In this document: positions 11,617 through 22,903 of the stretch, piece after piece
How positions within the stretch are numbered: the stretch's first letter is position 1
How the letters are laid out: every line of letters begins with the position of its first letter
Origin: Octopus sinensis
Taxonomy: Eukaryota
NCBI RefSeq assembly: GCF_006345805.1
Contig: NW_021835440.1
Span: 1-40,053, forward strand
DNA: 40,053 nucleotides
Direction of reading: 5' to 3'
The notes under the pieces: model-generated
The model's database searches: none
What the model saw: the letters and a program-made list of their open reading frames with translations, nothing else
Told to the model about the DNA's origin: nothing
Made by a program: the position numbers and the translations under genes

Positions 11617-12421
11617 GTACATATGGTTATATATATATATACATGTATATATATATATATGCATGTATGTACATATATCTACATCTATATATCTATCGAT
11701 CAATATATCTCTATATATGGGTATGTATATATACACACACACACACACACACACATATATATTTATATATATATATACATATTATATATATAAACATATG
11801 TATATCAGTATACATGACGCTTGGGCATCTAAAGTTCCTTTCGTAACATACGTTCCTATTTACTCTACGACAGAGAACTGACTGCTATTTTACAACATAT
11901 TTTCTACTTTTTAATCAAGTCATTTCTATTTTATCCTCTTTATCTCTTCTTTTATATATTATTCTTCCCAATAATTCCTTTCAATGAGGTTTCTTTTCTA
12001 TGAAACGATATTTCCAATATCAATGAATGAACTATATATAGGATATACCATAATACTTACTTGCTTACATACATACATACGTGCATACATAATCACATAG
12101 ATATAGGCCTATATCTACATATGTGTTTTTTGTGGGCGTTTTGAATGGCTGGTAATGAATACGTGGCAACTAACTGTTTAAGAAGGGATTGGAGATGATT
12201 ACAGACGTCGAACATAAATAGTATTTGTTAAAGAAATATAAAACGGTTGGTGACAAAAGGCCTCATGTTTCGGTCCCAGTATGTCTAGAAACGAACAAAA
12301 TAAGTGTTCATTGTTGGTTAAATTCAGAACTGGGTTTAGAGAATTTTCTAGAAAACCATGCTGAACTAAAATATATAGAGAGTAAGGTTTTCTAAACTAT
12401 AAAATAAAATGGAATTATTCA

Positions 12422-12455
<34 letters not shown>

Positions 12456-12728
12456 AGCTCTCAGACATACTCGATCGTTTCAAGTAAAACGTATTCAAAT
12501 TCCAACAAATGTTGCACGAGAAGAAAAGCCTTGCAAAAATATAAAAGAAAACAAAAGGCATAAGACACTAGATAAAAAATATGTTCTTGTTAATTCAAAT
12601 GACAGGGGAAAGGATTAAAAGAAATGTATAAAAAAAAAACGAATAATTTATCTTCTTACAATCCAATATGTATGTGTAGTAATTGTAAAAGGTAGCTGAA
12701 AGAGTATAGGCAGTCTTGAGGAGCATAT

Positions 12729-13235
12729 CAATCTTTCATTCATTTTTGTTTCATAGCTAACATATATATACACATGCATACATAACAACGCACTCAGACC
12801 TATTCACACACACACATACATATATCTCCGAACATCTGATGATATGGACGTGTTGTATGCTCTCACGAAACTTAAAGTCACGTCGAGCTCAATACCACAG
12901 ATTTGCTACAGGTTCAAATCTAAGATCATCAGCAAAATACGATCAGGTGTCACTTTCTGATTCATTCATGATTTCATATTGTAAAAGAAATTTTTCTTGT
13001 GAGCATGGAATATTTATGTCTATTTTTTCTTTCTAATAATTGCTCTTGACATATACAAGAATCCTTCATTCATTTTCGTTTCATCGCTAACATATATGTA
13101 CATATACATACATAACCACGCACTCACACGTATTCACAGACACATACACATATCCCCGAACATCTGATGTGATGGACGTGTTCTATGCTCTCACGAAACT
13201 TAAAGTCACGTTGAGCTCAATACCACAGATTTGCT
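12729..13235. repeat. Diverged direct duplication (~180 bp, period ~330 bp)
   Basis: ccgaacatctgatg..tatgctctcacgaaacttaaagtcacgt(c/t)gagctcaataccacagatttgct in 12729-12907 and 13059-13235. Confidence 0.85.
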
Positions 13236-13657
13236 TGTCAGTTGTTTGACCTAAACAGTTGTCCCTTAGTGCCTGACGATATGTGCATCTCTGATCACGA
13301 GCAGAAGTAATGGGGGAGGATCATAGCCATGTGTCGAGAGGAATTCTTTAGGGTTTGGATAATTGAACTTTGGAAACACGAGTGTTTTGTTCATCATCTT
13401 TAAACAACCTTTATTCAGGTACATTTTGAGCGGGATGTGTTACTCGTCCCGAAGAAATGCCTAACTGGGCCCCGCCTGCAAGGCCATGCGCTACATTGAT
13501 ATGAGATCACCATGTCGCGCACATATGGTTGTAATACATGTGCCTAGTGTGCCCTTATCAGATGGGTAGTCATGATGGGTATACCGGGCTTCGTATTTTT
13601 TACTCTAATGTCACTTTGATGGCATGCACTGCTCTCTCACTCAATAATAATAATAAT
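13234..13657 (+). mobile_element. 3' portion of a non-LTR retroposon with (AAT)n tail, clade unresolved
   Basis: Complex sequence ending gatggcatgcactgctctctcactc-aataataataataat; recognised from memory as an abundant octopus-type repeat; no ORF. Confidence 0.55.
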
Positions 13658-13659
13658 AT

Positions 13660-13870
13660 TTTCTACTATAGGCACAAGGCCTGAATTTTGTGGAGAGGGA
13701 GACAGTCGATCACATCGACCCCAGTACTCAACTAATACTTGATTTATCGACCCCTAAAAGATTTAAGACATAGTCGACCTCAGCGGAATTTGAACTCAGA
13801 ACGTATCGGCAAACGAAATACAGCTAAGTATTTCACCTGGTGTGCTAACGATCCTGCCAAATTGCCGCCT
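13660..13870 (-). mobile_element. SINE family B, alternative tail
   Basis: gtcgacctcagcggaatttgaactcagaacg...ctgccaaattgccgcct; tail ataggcacaaggcctgaa. Confidence 0.8.
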
Positions 13871-13941
13871 ACTTTCTACCTCCCTCCCTCCCTTTCTCCC
13901 TCCCCCCTCCATCCATCCATTCATCTATCTATCTATATGTG

Positions 13942-13983
<42 letters not shown>

Positions 13984-14725
13984 CACTCAGGCATACAGAC
14001 ACAAATATATATTTGTGTGAGTGTATGTGTGAGTGAGTGCTTGTGTGTGTGTGTGAGTGTGTGTGCCTTACTGCTTTAAGCCTCCCTTTCAATTTACATA
14101 AAGCGAAGTAAATAGGAGAGCGACATTGCGCTTGTGACTATGAGACAGAATAATTTAATTTAGCTAAAACATTTGTATTAGAAAGTAAAAATATTTTTTT
14201 ACATGCCTTTGTCAAGTTGTCAGTTTTTATGAAACATCTCATCGTCGCTCGGTTTATTGAGTGTGAAATGTATTGGATTTGTATAATAGGAAGGTGCTAT
14301 CTATTTCATATAAGTAAATTCGGAAAAATCGCAAAGAAATGCGATTGAATAGAAACAACATTAAGAATAGTAATGTCAATAGTAATTTTTTTACCAAAGT
14401 AGTAGCAGTAGCAACAATAGTATTGCTAGTATTATTATCACTATTATTATTAGTAGTAGTAGCAGTATATAAATGCAGGCACGAGTGTGTAACCAAGGCA
14501 ATATACTCAGATATATTACGTCAAAAGGGTTTTGAAATGAAGTAAGAAGAAAGTGGTATCAGAACCCAACGCAGAATGTGACAGAGAATGGATCGATTTC
14601 AGGTTTTCTGGGACTTTGCTGTTCAGACTGACCTTGAGATTCAAGCAAGACGACCAGATATCAACATTGTGGAAAGGGATATTTTGAAAAGGGTGCATCA
14701 TCATAGATGTGAATGTGTCTGCTTG

Positions 14726-14916
14726 TACGATGAGCTACTGAAAAGATTCCGGCTTTGCGTAAAATTAAAAACAGGAGGATCAGTTAAGTATGATTTTATT
14801 CAACATGTTTCTCTCTCAGATTCAAACACTTATTGCGGTGGCCCTTCAGTTTTTGTAATTCCTGTAAGTCAACTCGCGAGACTCACAAAACCAGGAGCTT
14901 TTGAGCACCACTCGTA
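14726..14916. mobile_element. Non-autonomous mariner-type MITE, copy 1
   Basis: Imperfect TIRs tacgatgagctactgaaaagattccggctttg / caaaaccaggagcttttgagcaccactcgta, with TA ends. Confidence 0.8.
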
Positions 14917-14918
14917 TA

Positions 14919-15121
14919 TTCCTGACTCTGAGTAAAAGGAAAAATACAGGTGAATCAGTTAAGCATGATTTTATTCTACATACTCCCTTCCCAAATCCAC
15001 ACACTCACTGCAGGGGTCCTTCGGATTTTCTAAGCTATGTCAAAGAACTCGGAAGGTTGGGTTTCCAAGAAGGCCTTTCGCGATGACCTTAACGCCAGGA
15101 ACTTTACAGCACCCCCTTGAA
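14919..15121. mobile_element. Mariner-type MITE, copy 2 (left TIR truncated)
   Basis: Internal sequence parallels copy 1 (acaggtgaatcagttaagcatgattttattc); right TIR gccaggaactttacagcacccccttg. Confidence 0.75.
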
Positions 15122-15356
15122 TCTATGCAGCAGTTAAAGAACAAGAATAAGAAAATACCGAGACCTAGGAAGGGTAATACGGACAGTGTGGAGTGATTCA
15201 GCAAAAGTAACCCCAGTAGTTACTGGCGATTTTGTTACCGCTACCAACAGACTTGGTTGTCTCCTTAACGAGACCAATGTAACTACGAGGATCACATTAG
15301 TACAGAAATCTACTTATTCTGTTCTGTTCGGAACAGCAAGAATAATTTTTACTGAT

Positions 15357-15409
15357 GTACCCGAAGAGACCCAAAACGACGAGTCGAAACGTGTGTCATA
15401 CTGAATAAA
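15357..15409 (+). ncRNA. Type I hammerhead-ribozyme-like motif (Penelope-like terminus), probably degenerate
   Basis: gtac-CCGAAGA-GAC[ccaaaacgacga]GTC-GAAAC-gtgt-GTC^atac, followed by AATAAA at 15404. Confidence 0.55.
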
Positions 15410-15764
15410 ATCTAATACGCATTTTATCTCCTATTTTATTCATACTACCAAACACCACTGCGAAGTTCGTGGAGTAAATCTACGGATAGCAACAGGTAAC
15501 GTAAACTGTGCTGATACTTTACTCATTGCATAATTTCTGAATTATCTATCTATCTGTCCATATGTATGTATGTATGTATGTGTGTATGTGTGTATGTGTG
15601 TGTGTGTGTATGTATGTGTGTGTGTATGTATGTGTGTGTGTATGTATGTATGTGTGTATGTATACACGCACGCATGTAATACGTACATATATATGTATGT
15701 ATGTATGTAATACGTACATATGTATGTATGTATGTATGTAATACGTACATATATATGTATGTAT

Positions 15765-15960
15765 GCGTTCGAAACCCCACCCGCGATGGGTGAAAATCTG
15801 CGAAGTAGAAACAATAGTGTACTGCATATTCTTTAAAAAATAGCATTATAATTTGTATCGTATTTATTTTATTATAAATGCAAAACAACACCATGGACGA
15901 ATCGACGTAAGCTTAAATAATAAACCTCGATAAGTGAACCGCGATATGGCGAGGGATTGC
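15765..15960 (+). mobile_element. Right end of a Tigger/pogo-like MITE
   Basis: Ends gtgaaccgcgatatggcgagggattgc (reverse complement gcaatccctcgccatatcgcggttcac), a Tigger-type TIR; left part lost in microsatellite. Confidence 0.55.
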
Positions 15961-16069
15961 CCGGACAACATCACTGACGAAACACGAATAAATAAGGAAA
16001 ATAATCTTATTCAAAAATACAGACCACAACTCAAGATACTTTGACATACCCCGCAACAGGTACACATCC

Positions 16070-16226
16070 AAAACAAACCCACACAGAGAAACACATAAAG
16101 ATGTACAAAATAACACACACAGACACAAAAACAATGCAAACCTCCGACGCAAGCACACACACATACACATATACGTAAACACGTACATGCACACACACCA
16201 CCCCGACAATTAGAAATCACATTCAT

Positions 16227-16257
<31 letters not shown>

Positions 16258-17200
16258 TTAACACAACACAACCCACACAAATGCACATGCATATATGCTT
16301 ACATATCTACACACACAAACACAATACGCCCGTTCCCCAGTAAAAAACCACACACACACAAAAGAAAAAAGCACATACATATACACACAATACAATCACA
16401 ACAAACACTAACAAACACACAAGCATGTACACACACAATGACACACACCTACCCAACAAATACAAGACACATAGACACACTCACACAAACACATATACAC
16501 GAATACACACACTGCACTAACAATATAAACAAAACAAATGACTCACAAATACATCGCATACACACATGTGCACACTCACACCCGGGAACTACATAAACCA
16601 TACCTACATATATATATACACACACACACACAAACGCATACTCTGTACCAACATATACAAAACGCACATGCACACACATACAAAACACCCGGATAAACCC
16701 AACACATACGGACACACACAGAACCCCTGATAACAACAACACACTCAGACACACATACACACCCACACATACCCCCACACACATATATATGCACCCTCAC
16801 ACACACATACGGTCGCCCCCCCACACACACACCACAAGGACAATTAAAAGCATACACACACTCACGTAGACACACACACTCACGTACACACATAACATTC
16901 CCACCAACACAAAACACACAAGCATACACACGCACCCACAGACGCACACGCGAACAAACAGATACGCACACATGCGCACACACAACACCCTAGCAAATAT
17001 TAATCACAAACATACACACACACACACACACAAACGTGCACACATATACACACACCATCCTACCAAATATAAAACACACAGAAACCCATATACACACGCC
17101 ACAATAAACTCTGGGACTAATCAAAAACGGCCCACACACAAACACAAACACATGTATACACACACATACACATAAAGACGTGCACTGAGACACAGACACT
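16070..17200. repeat. Degenerate CA-rich low-complexity tract
   Basis: Irregular (CA)n/(CAA)n without stable period; may be low-accuracy consensus. Confidence 0.7.
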
Positions 17201-17422
17201 CAACACCATTCTGACCTCTCAGGCCAGTCCCCAAAACCATTGAACGATGACAGACTAGCCTAGAAGCAAAGAAATCCTTTTAATTCCACATTGTTCCTCC
17301 TTCCCCCACCCCAACCACAGTGTCCTATAAAATAGCAAACACACGCAGCTACACACAAGACTGAAAAAATGCCAAAAAGGCAGGTTGGTTCTTTTCCAAT
17401 TTTTGGTAAATTCTTTAATATA

Positions 17423-17457
<35 letters not shown>

Positions 17458-17747
17458 CACACAAACTACCAAATATGATTTTTACTGAAGTTCTAACACA
17501 TTTTGTTGAATATTTTCTAAAATACTTGCTTGTAAACTGTTTTTAACATTTTCTTATTATTATCAAAGAATGTACGTATATATGTATTTTAAATCATTTT
17601 TACAATTTACTATTGACAATCTTTTTCTGAGAAAGTGAAACCGGTCAAGTGAATAAACATCTTTAAAATTGCATTTTCAAACCTTTTTTCATATATATTT
17701 GCACTCGTGCAGTATCTTACAACTTTACTTTGTTAAATATATATATG

Positions 17748-17827
<80 letters not shown>

Positions 17828-18239
17828 CATGCGTAACCGAAATAATTAGATAAATGCTAATTATAGTATGCATATAGTATATTTGAAGGAGTTTATTAAT
17901 TACTCTGAGATCAATTAAACACAAAATTCCTCGTTGAAATTTATTGAAAATATTAATTATGAATCTAGGCTATTTCAGCGTAACGCTCTTCAAATTGAGA
18001 TGGATGTCTCAATATAATAATTTCTTCTATTGTTACGAAACACGGGTTGATGAGAAAGAATTTGAAACAATATAACAAAAGAATTGCTTTCATTGAAATT
18101 GAAGTATCACCTCGTGGAACACTTACAAGTTGAAGGGGAACCGTATTTCATCCGGAGGTGTTATCCGTAGACAAAGGAGCATTGATTGGTGCATACACAT
18201 GCTCACGCACGTATTTATGCAGCTTTCTATCTATCTCCT

Positions 18240-18600
18240 CTCTCTCTCCTAATCCATCAACCCATCTATCTATCTATCTATCCATCCATCTTTCTATCTA
18301 TATAACTATCCATCCATCCTTCTATCTATCTTTCTATCTATATAACTATTCATCCATCCATCCATCCATCCATCTATCTTTCTATCTATATAACTATCCA
18401 TCCATCCATCTTTCTATCTATATAACTATCCATCCATCCATCTTTCTATCTATATAACTATCCATCCATCCATCTATCTATCCATCCATCCATCCATCTA
18501 TATATCCATCCATCCATCCATCCATCTATATATCCATCCATCCATCCATCTATATATCCATCCATCCATCCATCCATCCGTCCATATATTTATCTACCTT
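18240..18600. repeat. Compound (TCCA)n/(TCTA)n microsatellite with higher-order ctttctatctatataactatccatcc units
   Basis: Seen directly. Confidence 0.9.
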
Positions 18601-19060
18601 CTAGGTAGTCCAAAAGTAGGTAGACAGTGGATTATAACATTTATTTTGAGATTAACTAAACAATTATATTTAGTAATACAATTATTATATTGACAATTAA
18701 ATTTAAGTGTGTACAATAATACAAACGCGCTTAGATTTCATCAATGCAGCTGCTCAAACTGTTGTCCATCAAAATTTACACAGCTTCGAAGTCTACACCT
18801 TACGCTTCGACAAACATTTTTGCTCTAGTCTCTTCTTGGTGTATTAATTTCTTGAAATGCATCTCTTATGTAATTTTTCAAATCCTTAATAATTCTTGGT
18901 TTTCAACTATAAACTTTGTCCTTGAGTATTCTCCATAAGATGTCCATTGGGGTCGAGTCTGGTGAACGTACTGGCCACTCAATTGGTCCTCTGCTTTATG
19001 TTGAGATAAAGTAAACTTTCAGTTTAAAATTGAACATTTCATTCTTAATGGCCTGATATA
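18600..19060 (-). mobile_element. Tc1/mariner-superfamily (rosa/Tc3-like) transposase C-terminus and right end
   Basis: Minus strand RGPIEWPVRSPDSTPMD..LWRILKDKVYS*KPRIIKDLKNYIRDAFQEIN..RLRSCVNFDGQQFEQL; TIR-like gtccaaaagtaggtagacagt near 18608. Confidence 0.85.
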
Positions 19061-19085
19061 CATATATATATTTGCTTACCGACAT

Positions 19086-19438
19086 CATGGTTCAGGGTTC
19101 AGTCCCACTACGTGGCACCTTGGGCAAGTGTCTTCTACTATAGCCTCGACCGACCAAAACCTTGTGAGTGAATTTGGTAGACGGAAACTGAAAGGAGCCC
19201 GTCGTGTATATATATATATATTATATATATATATATATGTGTGTGTGTATGGGTTTGTCCTCCCAACATCGCTTGACAACCGATGATGGTGTGTTTACGT
19301 CTCCGTAACTTAGCGGTTCGGCAAAAGAGACCGATAGAATAAATACTAGCTTAAAAAAAGTAAGTCCTGGGGTCGATTTGCTCGACTAAAGGTGGTGCTC
19401 CAACATGGCCACACTCAAATGACTAAAACAAGTAAAAA
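19086..19438 (+). mobile_element. SINE family A, 5'-truncated
   Basis: Matches family A from catggttc onward. Confidence 0.9.
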
Positions 19439-19459
19439 AAAAATATATATGAAAAATAA

Positions 19460-19710
19460 ATGCGCCCGTTTAAAGCCTAGCCAGGTTCATGGGCCCGGTT
19501 TCCCGGTTTCAATGGCGTATGTGTTCCCCAGCTGGACGGGACGCCAGTCCATCGCAGCGTTACTAATCTTTGCCAGCTGAGTGGACTGGACCAACGTGAA
19601 ATGAAGTGTTTTGCTCAAGAACACAACGCATCGCCCGGTCCAGGAATCGAAACCACAACTTTACGATCATGAGTTCAACACCCTAAACACTAAGCCACGC
19701 GCCTCCACAA
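19460..19710 (-). mobile_element. SINE with family C head and core but a different 3' tail
   Basis: Minus strand gtggaggcgcgtggcttagtgtttaggg..ttcacgttggtccagtccactcagctggcaaa, then cgtcccgtccagctggggaacacatacgcc. Confidence 0.85.
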
Positions 19711-19723
19711 TATCTATCTATCT

Positions 19724-19769
<46 letters not shown>

Positions 19770-20049
19770 TTCGTGGAAGTTCAGCGCCATTGTGTGGCAC
19801 TTTGCACAAGTGTCTTCTAAGTGTAACCCTAGCATTAGACTAATTTGCCCAAGCAAGTCTGCCCTCGGAACAATAAGCAAGGCAATAAGTGATAAATTTA
19901 TACCAACACCCGAAACTATATTAATATTCAAACTATGGTTTAATACACGAAATAATACAGTGGTTTATTAAATTAGACAAATTAAAGAGTAAAAAGCTTA
20001 TATAAATTAATATGCATAACCACTATTTATGAATTAACACTAGCAGTAG

Positions 20050-20545
20050 ATTTTCCGGTACAAATCGCCTAAGAAAGCCTTGATGGATTACGTGACACTT
20101 CTAGCTACAGATAAACAAATCTTTCAGAATGCCCTCTTGAGACTAGACGAACTTGTGAGGTGGTCAAGAATGCGGTTTAGAGCAAAATAGTCGCGTAGTC
20201 TGACGTTTGTTAAGGGAGTGCAGAAAGAATTTAAGTTTCGAATAGGTGAAGAAAGCATTCCGATAGTCAAAGAAAAACCCGTCAAGAGCTTGGGGCGAGT
20301 ATATGCTGGAATATTGTCAGACAGAAGTCGCTGGTTGGAAATTATGAAACAGCCGAGGCTGGATTATCAGCGACTGATAACTCGAAGTTACCAGGTAACT
20401 ATAAAATTTGGTGCTTGCAGTTCGGCTTCTACCCGCGACTTTCGTGGCCACTTTTAACATACGAGGTAGCCTAATCACGAGTTCAGATCATTGAACAAAA
20501 ATGAAATGTGTTCATTAGAAAGTGGCTAGGCCTACCTTGGATGTG
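20050..20545 (+). mobile_element. HERO/NeSL-type (RLE clade) retrotransposon RT C-terminal fragment
   Basis: KALMDYVT (FMDD motif decayed)..WSRMRFRAK*SRSL..FRIGEESIPIVKEKPVKSLGRVY..SKLPGNYKIWCLQFGFYPRLSWPLLTYEV..RKWLGLP, with stops and a frameshift. Confidence 0.85.
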
Positions 20546-20732
20546 TGCGTGTGAGTTTGTCCGTAGTCACTGTTTAACAACAGGTGTTAATGTGTTTACG
20601 TCCCCGTAAGCTAGAGGTTCAGCAAGAGAGGTCAATAGAATAAGTACTAGGCTTACTAAATAAGTCCTAAAACCCTTCAAGGCGGTGCCCCAGCATGGTC
20701 GTGGTCAAATGACTGAAAGAATATAAAAAAAT
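20546..20732 (+). mobile_element. SINE family A, 3' half
   Basis: gtgtttacgtccccgtaag..aggcggtgccccagcatgg..aatgactgaaagaatataaaaaa. Confidence 0.8.
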
Positions 20733-20744
20733 TAAAGGATCTCC

Positions 20745-21250
20745 TGCATGTAGCACTCTCCAAATTCTATTCTTCAACAAATTCCTCGGATTATTTTGGG
20801 AATTTAACTGTGCCAATAACAACGCTTCAAAGAGCAACAAACGCTTAATTTTGGAATTTCTGTCCCACGACTCGGTTTCCACAGAGATTTACTTGAACTC
20901 TGGCACTACATGTCTAGTAAACTTTCTTGCTTTGTGAAGCCCATGGATGTCTGTATTTTTGGGGAACTTTTCTTAGAGAAATTTTCAACATTTCTATCTG
21001 CTTCAAGCTTATCTCTAATTCGAATGACGCTAAATCGCGACAAGTGGACCTATTTGATACTCTATCGTAAAATGTCCTTTGACCTTTCAACCGCATTTTC
21101 CTGTAGCACTCTAGGATGAATTTCCTTTACTGAATCCTTCGCCTGAATCCCTTCATGTTTTTAATGGGTTACATGTAAAAGGTAAGGAAAATTAAGTGAG
21201 TTCTTAGCTATCAAAGTATACATTTTTGAGGCACTTTGCATATAAATTCA
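20745..21250 (-). mobile_element. N-terminal part of the same rosa/Tc3-like transposase
   Basis: Minus strand RKFILECYRK..ENAVE..VIRIRDKLEADRNVENFSKKSS..KQESLLDM..GTEIPKLSV..LKRCYWHS*IPKIIRGI..RIEFGECY, the paired-HTH region; colinear with 18600-19060. Confidence 0.75.
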
Positions 21251-21348
21251 TACATTCTTACCTATATACATACATACGAACAAACATACGTACGTAATAC
21301 AATACATACATACACATACAAATACACACACACACGCATATACATATA

Positions 21349-21685
21349 CGAGCAAAACGCCCCCCGTCCAATGGACGGTGGTGAGTTATTAAACATTTAA
21401 ACCAAATTTTCTCAAAATAGGCCTCCCATTTGAGAAACACTGATTTAACCTAAATTTGAGACACCAGCAAAATACGGATTTCGACTGATGTACTTGCGCG
21501 TACAAATGCACATTCGCATTTTCACCTGGAATCGATTTTTGTAATTTCTTCAAGACTTATACACGCCCTGATACCGTCGATTTGATACATATCAAATTTG
21601 AGCGCAATCGGATGGAGGATGCCCGAGATCCTAGAAGGCACACACACAAGTACACAGACAGACAGAACGGATTTTATATAAGAGA
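21349..21685 (-). mobile_element. Non-autonomous Helitron/Helentron-like element
   Basis: Minus strand begins a|TCtcttatataaaatccgttctgtctgtctg and ends with hairpin ccgtccattggacgg followed by CTCG|t (CTAG variant). Confidence 0.7.
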
Positions 21686-21884
21686 TAACGACAGAGAGAG
21701 TGGGGGAGAGAAATAGAAACAAGGACAGAGAGGTACAGTGTCAGAAGTAGAAATATAACGATATGAGGATGGATGGTCACGGAAGAAATACATTTGAATA
21801 TAGATCGACACTATTAAGCCTGCTGCGGGAACAAAACACCACCACCACCACTACTACTACTACCACTGCTACTGCTACTCTCTA

Positions 21885-22212
21885 AGACTAAAGACTCCGC
21901 CGGCCACGACGACGAGGGTCCCAGCTGATACAATCAACGGAACAGCTTGCTCGTGAAATTAACGTGCAAATGGCTGAGCATTCCACAGACACGTGTACCC
22001 TTAACGTAGTTCTCGGGGATAATCAGCGTGACACAGAGAGTGACAAGGCTGACCCTTTGAAATACAAGTACAACTCATTTTTGCCAGCTGAGTGGACTGG
22101 AGCAACGTGAAATAAAGTGTCTTGCTCAAGGACACAACGCGTCGCCGGGAATCGAACTCACAACCTTACGATCATGAGCCGAATGCCCTAACCACTAAGC
22201 CACGCGCCCTCA
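21885..22212 (-). mobile_element. SINE family C, full length
   Basis: Minus strand gagggcgcgtggcttagtggttagggcattcggctcatgatcgtaaggttgtgagttcgattcccgg..gtgtccttgagcaagacac; possible 11-bp TSD ctactgctact (21869-21879 / 22214-22224) in low-complexity sequence. Confidence 0.9.
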
Positions 22213-22213
22213 C

Positions 22214-22465
22214 CTACTGCTACTACTACTACTACTACCACTGCTACAACTACTACCACTGCTACAACTACTACCACTGCTACAACTACCACTGCTACTA
22301 CTACTACCACTGCTACAACTACCACTGCTACTACTACTACTGCTACTACCACTGCTACAACTACCACAGCTACTACTACTACTGCTACAACTACCACTAC
22401 TGCTACAACTACCACTACTACTACTACTACCACTACCACTACCACTACTACTACTACTACTACTT
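22214..22465. repeat. (CTA/CCA/CAA)n trinucleotide microsatellite
   Basis: Seen directly; source of the poly-V, poly-S and poly-Y ORFs. Confidence 0.95.
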
Positions 22466-22903
22466 ACGACAATAGTTAAACAAACAATTTTTGTTTTCAA
22501 TTAATTCCAGATTTCTGCAGTTTGCATGGAAAGTTTTTTTTTTAATCTTTAAATTTAACGAAAATACTTTTTTTTTTTTTTACCATTTCGGTAATAATAA
22601 CAACAGCAACAACAACAACAACAACAACAACAGCAATAATAATAATAGTTTTCTGTTAAATTAAACATTCATTTCATTGTCGTCCTCTCACCTTTAGTCG
22701 GGGAAAGTACCTCATCTGTTTATTAACTTCTCAATTGGTTTGTTTCGTTGTAAATTCCATTTTATGTTTCCCAGTCTTCATTGCGTAACGTTTTTGTTTT
22801 TTCGTTAATTTTTCCAATTACCATTGTTGGCAAGAGACAATGGTAAATTGGTTATGAAAAGTTTAAGAGAAAGGAAAGCATATTTCAGAAACCATCATTG
22901 TTA

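Larger units (their letters stand above)
14468..15345 (+). mobile_element. R4/NeSL-type non-LTR retrotransposon, restriction-like endonuclease C-terminus (pseudogenised, split by MITEs)
   Basis: YKCRHECVTKAIY..KWYQNPTQNVTEN..FQVFWDFAVQTDLEIQARRPDINIVE..CIIIDVNVS; after the insertion 14726-15121, KEQE..KYRDLGRVIRTVW..KVTPVVTG..QKS..FGTARII. This matches the RH..PD..D..K signature of RLE clades. 5' junction lies in an (AGT)/(ATT) microsatellite. Confidence 0.9.

Noticed and set aside
16070-17200. His/Thr- or Val/Cys-rich ORFs in an irregular CA tract
   Set aside because: Low complexity, and the irregularity suggests noisy consensus.
17969-18064. Open frame after tatttcAG (RNALQIEMDVSIYNFFYCYETRVDEKEFETI*)
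   Set aside because: No credible donor or recognisable motif; expected by chance.
22130-22212. tRNA-like sequences at SINE 5' ends
   Set aside because: Cloverleafs are incomplete and continue into SINE bodies; not tRNA genes.
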